Below, piece after piece: positions 1-9,361 of a stretch of DNA of 64,000 bases; within the stretch, counting starts at the first letter, position 1, and each line of letters opens with the position of its first letter. The notes below the pieces were generated by a model. It searched no databases. It saw only the letters and a list, made by a program, of their open reading frames with translations, and was not told where the DNA came from. This stretch comes from Candidatus Falkowbacteria bacterium (GTDB lineage: Bacteria > Patescibacteriota > Patescibacteriia > JAACEG01): the NCBI GenBank assembly GCA_018651725.1, contig JABIDK010000005.1:64064-128063 (forward strand), read 5' to 3'. The position numbers and the translations under genes were made by a program.

Positions 1-2
1 TT

Positions 3-1190
3 GTCCTAGAAGGATACTACGCAAAAGATAAAAACAAAGTTTATCTGGCTAAACCAGTTTTGACCGGCAATATGTCTGCTAATCTTACTCCTGGGATTAT
101 AGAGGCCGCCGATCCGAATACTTTTAAAGTTCTGCCCTTTGATTATTCAAAAGACAAAAACAATGTTTATGTATTTGATCAAATAGTGGAGGGGGCTGAT
201 GTGGAGACTTTTGTTTCGTACAGCGGTGTAGCTAGAAAAGATCCAAAAATTAATGAAGGCGAAGGTAGATACAATGCAGAAGATAAAAATTATAAGTATT
301 TTCATGGCAATCGTGTCGGTGTAGCAAAATCCAACAACACTGAATTTATAAACGACTATTTTTCCAAAGACAACGATTACGCTTACTATAATTTAGAAAA
401 AATTGAAGGAAGCGACAGTTCTTTTTTTGAGGTAATTGAGGGTGGCAAATGGGTAAACGTATACGACAAAGGAAAATATGCCAAAGATAATATTAATTAT
501 TACTTTGAGAACAAAATCGTAAATGAAATTGATGGCAACACCTTCGAAATCTTAAGTACTAATTACGCAAAAGATGAATACAATGTGTATTTTAGTGAAA
601 AAATTCTAAAAAACGCAAACCCGCAAACATTCAGTGTTAAGTGCTTGATTCCAAGCACCACTAGAATAGATGGATGTGAATATGCGCACGATGATAACAA
701 TCTTTACTACAATGGTGAAGTGATTATTGGTTCAAACCCAAAATCTTTCGAAATAAAAAGAGAAAGTGTTAATGGAATAAATATTGATTCGAGAGATTTT
801 ATTAATCTTTATAATCAAGGAAAAGTTGTCGAAAAGAGAAATCTTGAAGATATTAACGGATTTATAAATGTTTCCATCACATTAAAGGATAGAGCGATTA
901 CACAATCTACTAAATATGTTTACGAATATGATGAATATGAAAATTATAAAAAAGAAATTGAAAATATAGGTGGTATTGGTACCCAATCTGCAATAACCAA
1001 AGGGATAAACGGAAATATTTATGGTGCAAATATTTATTCAAATATTCCGATTGACTATCTAATAAATTTCATAAAAAAAGATTGGATAAAATCAATTCGC
1101 AATACTTCAGATTTTGATATGAGCAACAAACTTAGACAACACAAGAACGCTATAGAAGAATCTAGAAAAATAATTAAAGAAATAAGCTAA
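3..1190 (+). CDS. DKNYY-repeat family protein (5'-truncated by window edge); cassette 1
   Basis: Repeated Y(A/S)KDKNNVY / AEDKNYKY / AKDNINYY motifs; the frame is open back to position 3. Confidence 0.8.
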   Translation, partial: VLEGYYAKDKNKVYLAKPVLTGNMSANLTPGIIEAADPNTFKVLPFDYSKDKNNVYVFDQIVEGADVETFVSYSGVARKDPKINEGEGRYNAEDKNYKYFHGNRVGVAKSNNTEFINDYFSKDNDYAYYNLEKIEGSDSSFFEVIEGGKWVNVYDKGKYAKDNINYYFENKIVNEIDGNTFEILSTNYAKDEYNVYFSEKILKNANPQTFSVKCLIPSTTRIDGCEYAHDDNNLYYNGEVIIGSNPKSFEIKRESVNGINIDSRDFINLYNQGKVVEKRNLEDINGFINVSITLKDRAITQSTKYVYEYDEYENYKKEIENIGGIGTQSAITKGINGNIYGANIYSNIPIDYLINFIKKDWIKSIRNTSDFDMSNKLRQHKNAIEESRKIIKEIS

Positions 1191-1195
1191 AAGGA

Positions 1196-1251
1196 GTTTT
1201 GGGGTAAAGGGAATTCACCCCTTTAATTCCCCTCTTCCCTTTACCCAAAAC
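1196..1251. repeat. Conserved cassette 3' hairpin, copy 1 (loop TTCACCCCTTTAATTCCCCTC)
   Basis: Stem GTTTTGGGGTAAAGGGAA / TTCCCTTTACCCAAAAC; same loop as the copies at 2763 and 14985, and 2 differences from the copy at 4039. Confidence 0.9.
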
Positions 1252-1318
1252 GAAAAACAAAATTAAATTCTTTTTAAAAGTGATTTGCATTCGCAAATCA
1301 AAGAAAAACATATACATC

Positions 1319-1419
1319 AGCTAACAACACGATATCCGGTTACGGCTCTTCCGAGAGCCTCCACCCAAATTTTCTTTCGCTCCGCTCCAGAAAACTTCGG
1401 ATATCGGTAACAGTTATAC
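1319..1419 (+). other. attC-like site 1
   Basis: AGCTAAC - CGATATCCG ... CGGATATCG - GTTATAC, with two internal hairpins joined by CCCAAA and CTT linkers. Confidence 0.85.
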
Positions 1420-1620
1420 GAAATAAATTTTTTATCTATACTAGTATTTAAAATTCAATGCGTTGAACACAGCGAAAATTTGATTTTTATTTAATTAATA
1501 AGGGGTAATAAGGAATATTTTTTGTCTTTAAAAAATTCTGGTAACAGAAAAATAATATTTTAATAAGTATTAACTTTTTTTGAAATTAGCTTTAGCTATA
1601 TAAGAAAAAATAATAAAAAA

Positions 1621-2751
1621 ATGGAATCACTAGATAATTTCAAACAATACTCAAAAAAGGAGGCGCAAGAAAAAGGAAAAGAAATGCAGGAAAAAATTAA
1701 ATCTGGAGAAGCGAAAGACTTTAGAGAAGCAGAGCAATCTGTTGAAAAAGAGCAAAAATTTGATTTAACCATAGATCAGATCACATCTATGCAGAGCATA
1801 GAAGATCTTTTTTCTAAAAGTAAGGATGTGCATACTGAACAAAATACAAATTTTATAAAATCTCTGAAAGAGTATATTGATGACTCTTCATTGCCGCAAG
1901 ATTTAATTATTTTAATTATAGAAAAAAATATTTTAAATAATTCTAATATTACAACAGACTTTGAGTACTCTTCACCAGAATGGCTAAGTGCTATAGTTTC
2001 AAGATTAAATCCTGAGCAAAAGAAAGAGTTTATCAAAAAAAGAGTTAAACTTTCTTTGAGTGTTCCTGAGATGATTCCAAGAATGATTGAACTATATTCT
2101 GTAACAGTTGATGATTATCGAAATGAATTTTTAAATAATCTTTCATCACAAAAGTATGATGGTTTAATCAATTATAGTAAAGGATTGTCAAAAAGATATA
2201 AAGAAGTTGGAATATCCTGCTTTGATGACGCAAAAGACAGAGAAGCACGCTTACCATTTCCTTGTGATGAAAATATTTTACTAAGATTGTTCCCAGACTT
2301 TTTTAATAGTCAAGTTTCGAATTCGTTAAAAAAAATTAAAATAAAAAAAACTGCAGAAAAAAATAAAGACCTCATGGATTTTTATTTCGTAACTATGGGT
2401 GGGGGCGGAGCAAATATTTTATCTAGTAAAAAAGAGATGAATATTAAAAAGATTGATAAAACAATTGAGAGCTCTTTAAAAGAAATTAATAATATACTTA
2501 CATCAACTGGTGATATCACCAAACAAAGCGTTATAGATCAATTAACAAATCAAGCTTTTGATACTATGTTTAATAGTATGCTTGAGGGAAGAACGCTTAC
2601 TATAAATTATACTGATTCCCAGGTTAAAGCAATGAAGAATGTTATTTCTAACTTAAATACTATCCGCAATAAGTATGAACTATCAGAAATTAGACCTGAA
2701 GACATAAACAAATTAGTTGAATATTTAAAGATAAAAACTGATACCCCCTAA
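1621..2751 (+). CDS. Hypothetical protein (376 aa); cassette 2
   Basis: Long ORF between attC1 and attC2 with a charged N-terminus (EAQEKGKEMQEKIKSGEAKDFREAE); no recognised catalytic motif. Confidence 0.75.
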   Translation: MESLDNFKQYSKKEAQEKGKEMQEKIKSGEAKDFREAEQSVEKEQKFDLTIDQITSMQSIEDLFSKSKDVHTEQNTNFIKSLKEYIDDSSLPQDLIILIIEKNILNNSNITTDFEYSSPEWLSAIVSRLNPEQKKEFIKKRVKLSLSVPEMIPRMIELYSVTVDDYRNEFLNNLSSQKYDGLINYSKGLSKRYKEVGISCFDDAKDREARLPFPCDENILLRLFPDFFNSQVSNSLKKIKIKKTAEKNKDLMDFYFVTMGGGGANILSSKKEMNIKKIDKTIESSLKEINNILTSTGDITKQSVIDQLTNQAFDTMFNSMLEGRTLTINYTDSQVKAMKNVISNLNTIRNKYELSEIRPEDINKLVEYLKIKTDTP

Positions 2752-2762
2752 AAATATAAGGA

Positions 2763-2817
2763 GTTTTGAAAAAATGGAATTCACCCCTTTAATTCCCCTC
2801 TTCCATTTTTTCAAAAC
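2763..2817. repeat. Conserved cassette 3' hairpin, copy 2
   Basis: Stem GTTTTGAAAAAATGGAA / TTCCATTTTTTCAAAAC with the identical 21-nt loop. Confidence 0.9.
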
Positions 2818-2886
2818 AAAAAATCAAATTTTCTTTTCTAGTAGAAAAGAGTAATCGCAATTAAAACGAGATAAAAAATTTACATC

Positions 2887-3010
2887 GCACAACAAAGAAT
2901 ATCTGGTTCAAAATATTTAATTTTAAATTATAATAAGGATTTAAATATTACTCACCCAAATTTTATTTCGTTTCACTTAATAAAACTTCAGATATTCTTA
3001 AACGTTGTAC
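2887..3010 (+). other. attC-like site 2
   Basis: GCACAAC-A-AAGAATATCTG ... CAGATATTCTT-AAAC-GTTGTAC. Confidence 0.85.
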
Positions 3011-3153
3011 GAAATAAATTTTTTCATTCTATTTTCTTAACAAGTATTTCCTTATAACCACGGCGAAAGTTTATTTTTTTATTAATTAAAAGGGGAAATA
3101 GGTTATTTTCTCCGCTTCGCTACGAAAATAAATTTATTAAATTAACAAAAACT

Positions 3154-3624
3154 ATGTCACAAATTGAAATTATTGAACACAAAAATCACAAATTCATGTT
3201 CTTGGATGATTATCTTTGGATGTGGGACACACCACAAGAAAAAGAGTTACAAGAAGATTTAGCCAAACAAGCATATGGGGATGTGTTAATCGCAGGATAC
3301 GGATTTGGTATTTTATCAAAATACGCCCTAGATAACAAAAATATAAAAACAGTCAACACTGTTGAAAAATATCAAATTGTTATTGATAAAATGAAAGAGT
3401 TTGGTCACATATATGGAGATATAACTATTAACGATTACTATGATTTGCCAGAAGAAAAAAAATATGATTGTATTATTGGCGATATATGGCCAGACATTGA
3501 CGCAAAATTTTTAGATGATTATATCAAATTTAAAAATAAATCTAATCAAATATTAAAAAAAGGCGGAAAATTATTGGCTTGGGGAGGTGATTACTACGAA
3601 TATTTGATTAATTCAAAAAAATAA
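3154..3624 (+). CDS. Short class I SAM-dependent methyltransferase / spermidine-synthase-like protein; cassette 3
   Basis: VLIAGYGFG motif I, VEK, and YDCIIGDIW motif; adjacent to AdoMetDC. Confidence 0.7.
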   Translation: MSQIEIIEHKNHKFMFLDDYLWMWDTPQEKELQEDLAKQAYGDVLIAGYGFGILSKYALDNKNIKTVNTVEKYQIVIDKMKEFGHIYGDITINDYYDLPEEKKYDCIIGDIWPDIDAKFLDDYIKFKNKSNQILKKGGKLLAWGGDYYEYLINSKK

Positions 3625-3626
3625 TT

Positions 3627-3980
3627 ATGAAAAACGGAACACATTTATTAGTTGATATAAAAAATTGCAAAAAAATAAAAGAGTTGTCTGATACTAAAGT
3701 TATCACCTCTTTCCTTGTTAAACTAATCAAATTAGCAAAAATGAAAGCCATAACAGAGCCAAAGGTAATGTATTATGAACACGAAGATAAAATTGAAAGT
3801 GGTATTACCGGTTTTGTAATCATCGCGGATAGTCATGTGAGCATTCACACATATCCTTTAAAAAAATCATTTTACCTCGACCTATTCTCTTGTAAAAAAT
3901 TTAATGAAAAAGAAATAATTAAATACACAAATGAATTTTTTGGAGGCAAAAAAATAAAAAGCCAACTTATCAAAAGATAG
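3627..3980 (+). CDS. speD: S-adenosylmethionine decarboxylase proenzyme; cassette 3
   Basis: GTHLLVD...SGITGFVIIADSHVSIHTYP...LDLFSCK, matching the prokaryotic AdoMetDC (SpeD/SpeH) signature. Confidence 0.88.
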   Translation: MKNGTHLLVDIKNCKKIKELSDTKVITSFLVKLIKLAKMKAITEPKVMYYEHEDKIESGITGFVIIADSHVSIHTYPLKKSFYLDLFSCKKFNEKEIIKYTNEFFGGKKIKSQLIKR

Positions 3981-4038
3981 TATTAATTATACTTATAAAG
4001 TAGTTACTTTTTAAAATAACAAAAACTAAAAATAAGGA

Positions 4039-4093
4039 GTTTTGGGCAAAGAGCATTCACCCCTTCATTTCCCCTCTGCTCTTTGCCCAAAAC
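4039..4093. repeat. Conserved cassette 3' hairpin, copy 3
   Basis: Stem GTTTTGGGCAAAGAGCA / TGCTCTTTGCCCAAAAC; loop TTCACCCCTTCATTTCCCCTC. Confidence 0.9.
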
Positions 4094-4156
4094 AAAAAAA
4101 TTAAACTTTCTTTTCTTTCAGAAAAGATTTAAACTGTTAACAAAAAAATTTACTAC

Positions 4157-4332
4157 GTACAACACGGTGTATCTGGTTACAGAAAATTTCAATATAAAAA
4201 CATCCTGTTACGCTATCGCTTCACAGGATTAATAATAAGGAATAAAATTTTCTTCCACGCAAATCCAAATCTCTTTTATATTAATTTAAAAATGTATCGA
4301 TTTGGACTTCAGATGACACCGAAACGTTATCT
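4157..4332 (+). other. attC-like site 3
   Basis: GTACAAC-A-CGGTGTATCTG ... CAGATGACACCG-AAAC-GTTATCT (one bulged base). Confidence 0.85.
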
Positions 4333-4510
4333 GAAATTTTTACACTGCCTTGATGAGTGCCTCTCAAGTAAACCTCTACTTTTTAACGGTGCCTCTTTCG
4401 TTTAGACGAGAAAAGAAAAAGAATTCAATTGCTTCACAACAAAATATAACATTGTCTAAACGGTTCACTTCGTTCTCCCAAATTTTTCTCTTACTTGGGG
4501 GGGTCGCCAT

Positions 4511-4539
4511 TTGAAAACATTTAAAAACAATTATATACT
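4511..4539 (+). promoter_or_regulatory. Putative sigma70 promoter internal to cassette 4
   Basis: TTGAAA-17 nt-TATACT upstream of 4576. Confidence 0.6.
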
Positions 4540-4575
4540 ACTTAATATAATAATAACTAAAAGAGGTATAATACT

Positions 4576-5562
4576 ATGAAAAACACAATTTTTGCTCTAA
4601 CAATCATCGCAGTTTTGCTATTAGTTGGATGTACGCAAGTACAACAAGATAAAGAATTAAAAGATTTTAAATTAAGTGTAAACACTTGGGTTGGTTTTGG
4701 TCCTTTTTATTTAGCCGATGAACTTGGATATTTTGAAGATGAGGGATTAGATGTAGATATTATTGTCATGGAGGGAACAGCTGAAAGAAAATCCACCATG
4801 ATAACTAATAAGATTGATGCTTTAGGGGACACAGTTGATTTATTGGTTTTAGCAAGAGATGAGGATGTGCCTGAAGTTGCAGTTTTAGAAGTTGATCTTT
4901 CTGATGGTGCTGACGGTTTAATTGCTACAGAAGATATCCAATCATTAGCAGATCTTAAAGATAGAAAAGTTGCTGCTCAAAAGAATTTTGTTGGGGAATC
5001 ATTTTTGCTCTATCTACTAAAAAAGAATGGAATGTCAGTAGATGATGTAACAATTATTGACACAGAATCAGGAGCAGCAGGAGCGGCTTTTGTTGCTGGA
5101 CATGTTGATGCTGCTGTCACATGGGAACCTTGGTTAAGTAAAGCAAAAGAACGAGAGGGTGGCCATATAGTTATAGATAGCGCAGATGAGCCAGGAGTAA
5201 TTGTTGATATTCTAACGGTCAATGAAAATGTTCTTAAGAACAGACCTGACGAAGTAAAAGCTTTAATGAGAGCATGGTTTAAAGCCATTGATTACTGGGA
5301 AAAGAATCCTGATGAAGCAAATGTAATCATGACAAAACACTATGATATGCCAGTAGAAGAATTTGCAGATATAATTTCTGGTGTAAAATGGCCAAGTTAT
5401 CAAGAGAATCTAGCTTACTTTGGAACATCAAATAATCCTGGAATGATTTACGATGTTGCCGATACTTTTGGAGAGGTCTTTTTAGAAACAGGCTCTATCA
5501 GTGTAAAACCGGACTTAAATAAAGCGATTGACGAATCATTGCTTGTTAATCTCTATAAATAA
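4576..5562 (+). CDS. ABC transporter substrate-binding lipoprotein, NMT1/SsuA/TauA-like; cassette 4
   Basis: Lipobox LLVGC; WVGFGPFYLA and DAAVTWEPWLS motifs. Confidence 0.88.
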   Translation: MKNTIFALTIIAVLLLVGCTQVQQDKELKDFKLSVNTWVGFGPFYLADELGYFEDEGLDVDIIVMEGTAERKSTMITNKIDALGDTVDLLVLARDEDVPEVAVLEVDLSDGADGLIATEDIQSLADLKDRKVAAQKNFVGESFLLYLLKKNGMSVDDVTIIDTESGAAGAAFVAGHVDAAVTWEPWLSKAKEREGGHIVIDSADEPGVIVDILTVNENVLKNRPDEVKALMRAWFKAIDYWEKNPDEANVIMTKHYDMPVEEFADIISGVKWPSYQENLAYFGTSNNPGMIYDVADTFGEVFLETGSISVKPDLNKAIDESLLVNLYK

Positions 5563-5574
5563 AAGAGGTAAACT

Positions 5575-6639
5575 ATGAACTTAATAGTAAAAGACATTGA
5601 TAGAGTAAAAAATACTTTAGAGAAGCTTCACAAAAGTAAGAAGCTTTTCTTTGCTTTATTTTTTGATGAAAGACCAGTACACAAAAAATATTTCTCTGAT
5701 GACCAAATCAGTATTCTAAAAGCGACTAATCTAATCTCAATAAAACAAAACTATATTTCTGCAAATTACAGAGTGATAAAGTTACAAAATAACAACAATT
5801 CAGCATTTATTGTAACTGATAAAGTTTCTTACAAAAAATTAGATCAAGTAATGCCCCTTCATCCTGAGAACCAATTTATAGTTGATGATATGAAAATTAA
5901 AGCTGACGATGAAGTTTTAGAAATTGGTGTTGGCAGTGGAGTTAATGTAATTTTTTCAATTATGTCCGGAGCTAAAAAAGTTACTGCTTTAGACATTAAC
6001 AAAAGAACTTTTGAATTTACAAAATTTAATGCTGCATTAAATCTCTCAAAACAAGACCAAAATAAAATTAATTTAATCCTTAATAAAAAATCCAGTTTAG
6101 AAAATATCTTTGATTCTGTGAAAAACAAGAAGTTTGATTATATCGTAACTAACCCTCCTTTTGAACCAACACCACCAAAATCAAAATATTTATTGAATTC
6201 TGCAAGTGGTATTTACGGTTTAGATGTAATAGAAGCTATCCTAAAAAAGACCAAACAGCATTTAAAAAACGCAGGATATTTACAGATGGTAACTTTTTCT
6301 CCTGGAAATCAAAAAGAACCTTTTATGCTTAAAGAAATGCTAAATAAATATTTAGGGGCAGGTATTATACATCTTAATAAAATAGGGATGAAATATGTTG
6401 ATTTTACTAAAAGATTTATTGATTTAGGTTATGATAAAGAAAAAGTAGACCTAATGAACTTACAGGCAAAAAAAGATAAAGTAACACATTTATATCTAAG
6501 CATGGTTCAGTATAATAATCAAATGGAAGATGTTAAAATTAAAACTTCAACTAAAATTTACAAGAATTGGGACATTCCTATTTATTCTGATGTGCCAATG
6601 GGGTTTAAACCTAAAAAATCAAAACTAAAGTTAGATTAA
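5575..6639 (+). CDS. HemK/PrmC-like SAM-dependent methyltransferase; cassette 4
   Basis: VLEIGVGSG motif I; FDYIVTNPPF motif. Confidence 0.8.
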   Translation: MNLIVKDIDRVKNTLEKLHKSKKLFFALFFDERPVHKKYFSDDQISILKATNLISIKQNYISANYRVIKLQNNNNSAFIVTDKVSYKKLDQVMPLHPENQFIVDDMKIKADDEVLEIGVGSGVNVIFSIMSGAKKVTALDINKRTFEFTKFNAALNLSKQDQNKINLILNKKSSLENIFDSVKNKKFDYIVTNPPFEPTPPKSKYLLNSASGIYGLDVIEAILKKTKQHLKNAGYLQMVTFSPGNQKEPFMLKEMLNKYLGAGIIHLNKIGMKYVDFTKRFIDLGYDKEKVDLMNLQAKKDKVTHLYLSMVQYNNQMEDVKIKTSTKIYKNWDIPIYSDVPMGFKPKKSKLKLD

Positions 6640-6640
6640 C

Positions 6641-7408
6641 ATGAAAAATAGATTAAAAACATTATTATGGGGATTATCTTCGTTTATTGTAATTATAATT
6701 ATCTGGGGTCTCTTTACTTATACAAGAATAATCAAACCTTTTTTTCTGCCAACGCCGACTGAAGTTTTAATTGCATTATTTGATTTATTTACCAAGTATA
6801 ATTTTATTGAAGATGTTTCTATTAGTGTTTTCAGGATTTTAACAGGCTTCATTATTGCCGTTATTATGGCAATCCCTGTTGGTGTCTCCATAGGGTTAAG
6901 CAAAAAATTTCAATCATTTATAGAACCAATCATTGATTTTATTCGTTATACTCCAATTCCTGCATTTATTCCTCTTCTAATCCTTTGGTTTGGTATTGGA
7001 GAATTAGAAAAAATCATCGTCATCGTATTAGCAGTATTTTTCCAATTAGTATTAATGGTGTCTAATTCAATTTCTCATGTGCCAAAAGACATTATAGAAT
7101 TCGCTAAAACCTTAGGAGTAAATAAAAAAGAACTTATTACTAAAGTTATTTATCAACATGCTAAACCTAGAATTTTTGATGATCTAAGAGTTTCAATGGG
7201 TTGGGCATGGGCTGGTTTAATGATTGCAGAAATTGTCGGAGCAACTTCGGGTATTGGTTTTGTTATTATTCAATCTCAAAGATTATTAAGAACAGAAAAT
7301 GTTATTTCCGCAATTATAATTGTCGGCCTGTTAGGGTTAATAACTGATTTTGTATTTAAAATTGCCTATAAGAAACTTTATCCTTGGGCAGAAAAAGAAA
7401 CACAATGA
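6641..7408 (+). CDS. ABC transporter permease, SsuC/TauC-like; cassette 4
   Basis: Hydrophobic protein with FLPTP, RYTPIPAFIPL and AEIVGATSGIG motifs. Confidence 0.9.
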   Translation: MKNRLKTLLWGLSSFIVIIIIWGLFTYTRIIKPFFLPTPTEVLIALFDLFTKYNFIEDVSISVFRILTGFIIAVIMAIPVGVSIGLSKKFQSFIEPIIDFIRYTPIPAFIPLLILWFGIGELEKIIVIVLAVFFQLVLMVSNSISHVPKDIIEFAKTLGVNKKELITKVIYQHAKPRIFDDLRVSMGWAWAGLMIAEIVGATSGIGFVIIQSQRLLRTENVISAIIIVGLLGLITDFVFKIAYKKLYPWAEKETQ

Positions 7409-9090
7409 AACCAAAACTTAAAATCAATAAAGTATCTAAGATTTTTGTAGATGATTCTGGAAAGAAAATAGAAGCTATCAAAGATATTTCAGTTGATGTT
7501 GCAGATAAAGAATTTGTTGCTATTGTTGGCCCATCTGGTTGTGGAAAAACAACTCTATTAAAAACTGTAGCAGGACTTCTTGAACCAACAAATGGTGAAA
7601 TCTACTTAAATAATAAAATAATCAATCAACCACAAAAAGAAATGGGCCTAGTTTTTCAAAACCCAGCTTCTTTTTCTTGGCTAACTGTTTTAGAAAATGT
7701 TGAATTCGGATTAAAATTACAGAATATCCCTGAAAGAAAAAGAAGAGAGATTGCAGGCCATTTTATAGACTTAGTTGGTTTATCTAGTTTTGAAAAATCA
7801 TATATTAAAAATCTTTCAGGAGGAATGAAGCAACGAGTTGCCATAGCAACAGTTTTAGCTAACAACCCAGATATTCTATTAATGGATGAGCCTTTTTCTG
7901 CTTTAGATGCCCAAACAAGAGCTTTAATGCAGGAATTAATTCTTACAATTTGGGAAGAAACAAAAAAGACAGTCCTTTTTGTCACTCATGATATTGAAGA
8001 AGCAATTTTTTTAGCAGATAGGGTCTATGTGATGAGTGCAAAGCCAGGAGAGATTAAAGATGTTATTAATATTAATCTACCAAGAGATAGAACTCCTGAA
8101 ATTAAATTATCTGATGATTTTCTTAGAATAAAAAAACATATCTCATATATCATCAGGGGAGAAGCAATTAAAGCAGCCCATGTAAATGTAGAATCACTTA
8201 GACCAAAAGCATTAAGAGTTGGAACTCATACTTGGCCAGGTAACAGCCCTTTCTATTTAGCAAGAGAAGTAGGTATATACAAAAAGAAAAAATTAGATGT
8301 AGAATTGTTAAGCCTTGAAAAAGAAGAAGACAGGATTAAAGCTCTACAAAATGGAGAAGTAGATATTCTTAATTTAACAGCTGATGGCGTAGTCTTAGCA
8401 AAAGAGAGAGGTTTAGATTTACAGATAATTGCTTGCCTTAACAAATCAATTGGTGGAGATGCAATTTTAACCAAGAAAGAGATCAAGAAAGTTGAAGAGT
8501 TAAGAGATAAAACTATTGCCATTGAAAGAGGATGGATTAGTCATTTCTTTTTATTGTATGTACTAAAAAAACATGGAATGGATGAAAAAAATGTTAAAAT
8601 AGTCCACATGAGGGGAAGTGATATAGGCGCAGCTTTAATTGCAAATAAAGTTGATGCTGCTGTTCTTTGGGAACCCTGGCTATCTCAAGCGCAGAAACTT
8701 TCAAGTACAAAAACTCTTATCTCCACTAAAGAAGAACCCGTAATAATTGATGTTTTAGCAACTACTAAAGATATTGCCAAGAAGAAAAATATTGAAATTA
8801 AGAAATTTGTCAATTCATGGTTTGAATCATTGAATTATGCTGATAGAAATAAAGAAAGAGCACACACTCTAATGGCCATCCCTCTCGGAATCTCTACAAA
8901 AGAACTCAGAGAATTATTAAAGCAACTTCAGTTTATTGACATAAACTATAATAAAAAACTATTAGGGACCAAAACCAACCCTGGAACTCTGATAAATTTA
9001 ATAGATAAAATATCTGATGTTTGGTTATACAACAAACAAATTAAAAATAAAGTGAATAGTAAAAACTTAATTAATTCTGATTTTATTTAA
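7405..9090 (+). CDS. ABC ATP-binding protein (SsuB/TauB-like) fused to a C-terminal NMT1-like substrate-binding domain; cassette 4
   Basis: GPSGCGKT, LSGGMKQR and LLMDEPF motifs, followed by WPGNSPFYLA...DAAVLWEPWLS, paralogous to 4576..5562. ATG at 7405 overlaps the permease stop. Confidence 0.88.
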   Translation: MKPKLKINKVSKIFVDDSGKKIEAIKDISVDVADKEFVAIVGPSGCGKTTLLKTVAGLLEPTNGEIYLNNKIINQPQKEMGLVFQNPASFSWLTVLENVEFGLKLQNIPERKRREIAGHFIDLVGLSSFEKSYIKNLSGGMKQRVAIATVLANNPDILLMDEPFSALDAQTRALMQELILTIWEETKKTVLFVTHDIEEAIFLADRVYVMSAKPGEIKDVININLPRDRTPEIKLSDDFLRIKKHISYIIRGEAIKAAHVNVESLRPKALRVGTHTWPGNSPFYLAREVGIYKKKKLDVELLSLEKEEDRIKALQNGEVDILNLTADGVVLAKERGLDLQIIACLNKSIGGDAILTKKEIKKVEELRDKTIAIERGWISHFFLLYVLKKHGMDEKNVKIVHMRGSDIGAALIANKVDAAVLWEPWLSQAQKLSSTKTLISTKEEPVIIDVLATTKDIAKKKNIEIKKFVNSWFESLNYADRNKERAHTLMAIPLGISTKELRELLKQLQFIDINYNKKLLGTKTNPGTLINLIDKISDVWLYNKQIKNKVNSKNLINSDFI

Positions 9091-9243
9091 TGGCGACCCC
9101 CTATTCTAGTCTGCTACGCAGAATTTATATTAAGAAAAGTAAGAGAAAAACTACAGAGGCACCTAAAGTAGAGGCAGTGTAAAAACTCTCTTCGTTCCCT
9201 TCGGTCACTACGAGCCACGCTACGCTCTCACTTCGTTCGGGTC

Positions 9244-9337
9244 AGATAACAGGGCTTATGCGGAAAATGGCTCGGCTCGCCATTTTCCCAAATTGCTCCG
9301 CTTCGCTACGCAACTTCGCATAAGCCCGATGTTATAT
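9244..9337 (+). other. attC-like site 4
   Basis: AGATAAC-A-GGGCTTATGCG ... CGCATAAGCCC-GAT-GTTATAT. Confidence 0.88.
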
Positions 9338-9361
9338 AAAATGGCCTAAATCGGCCTCATC

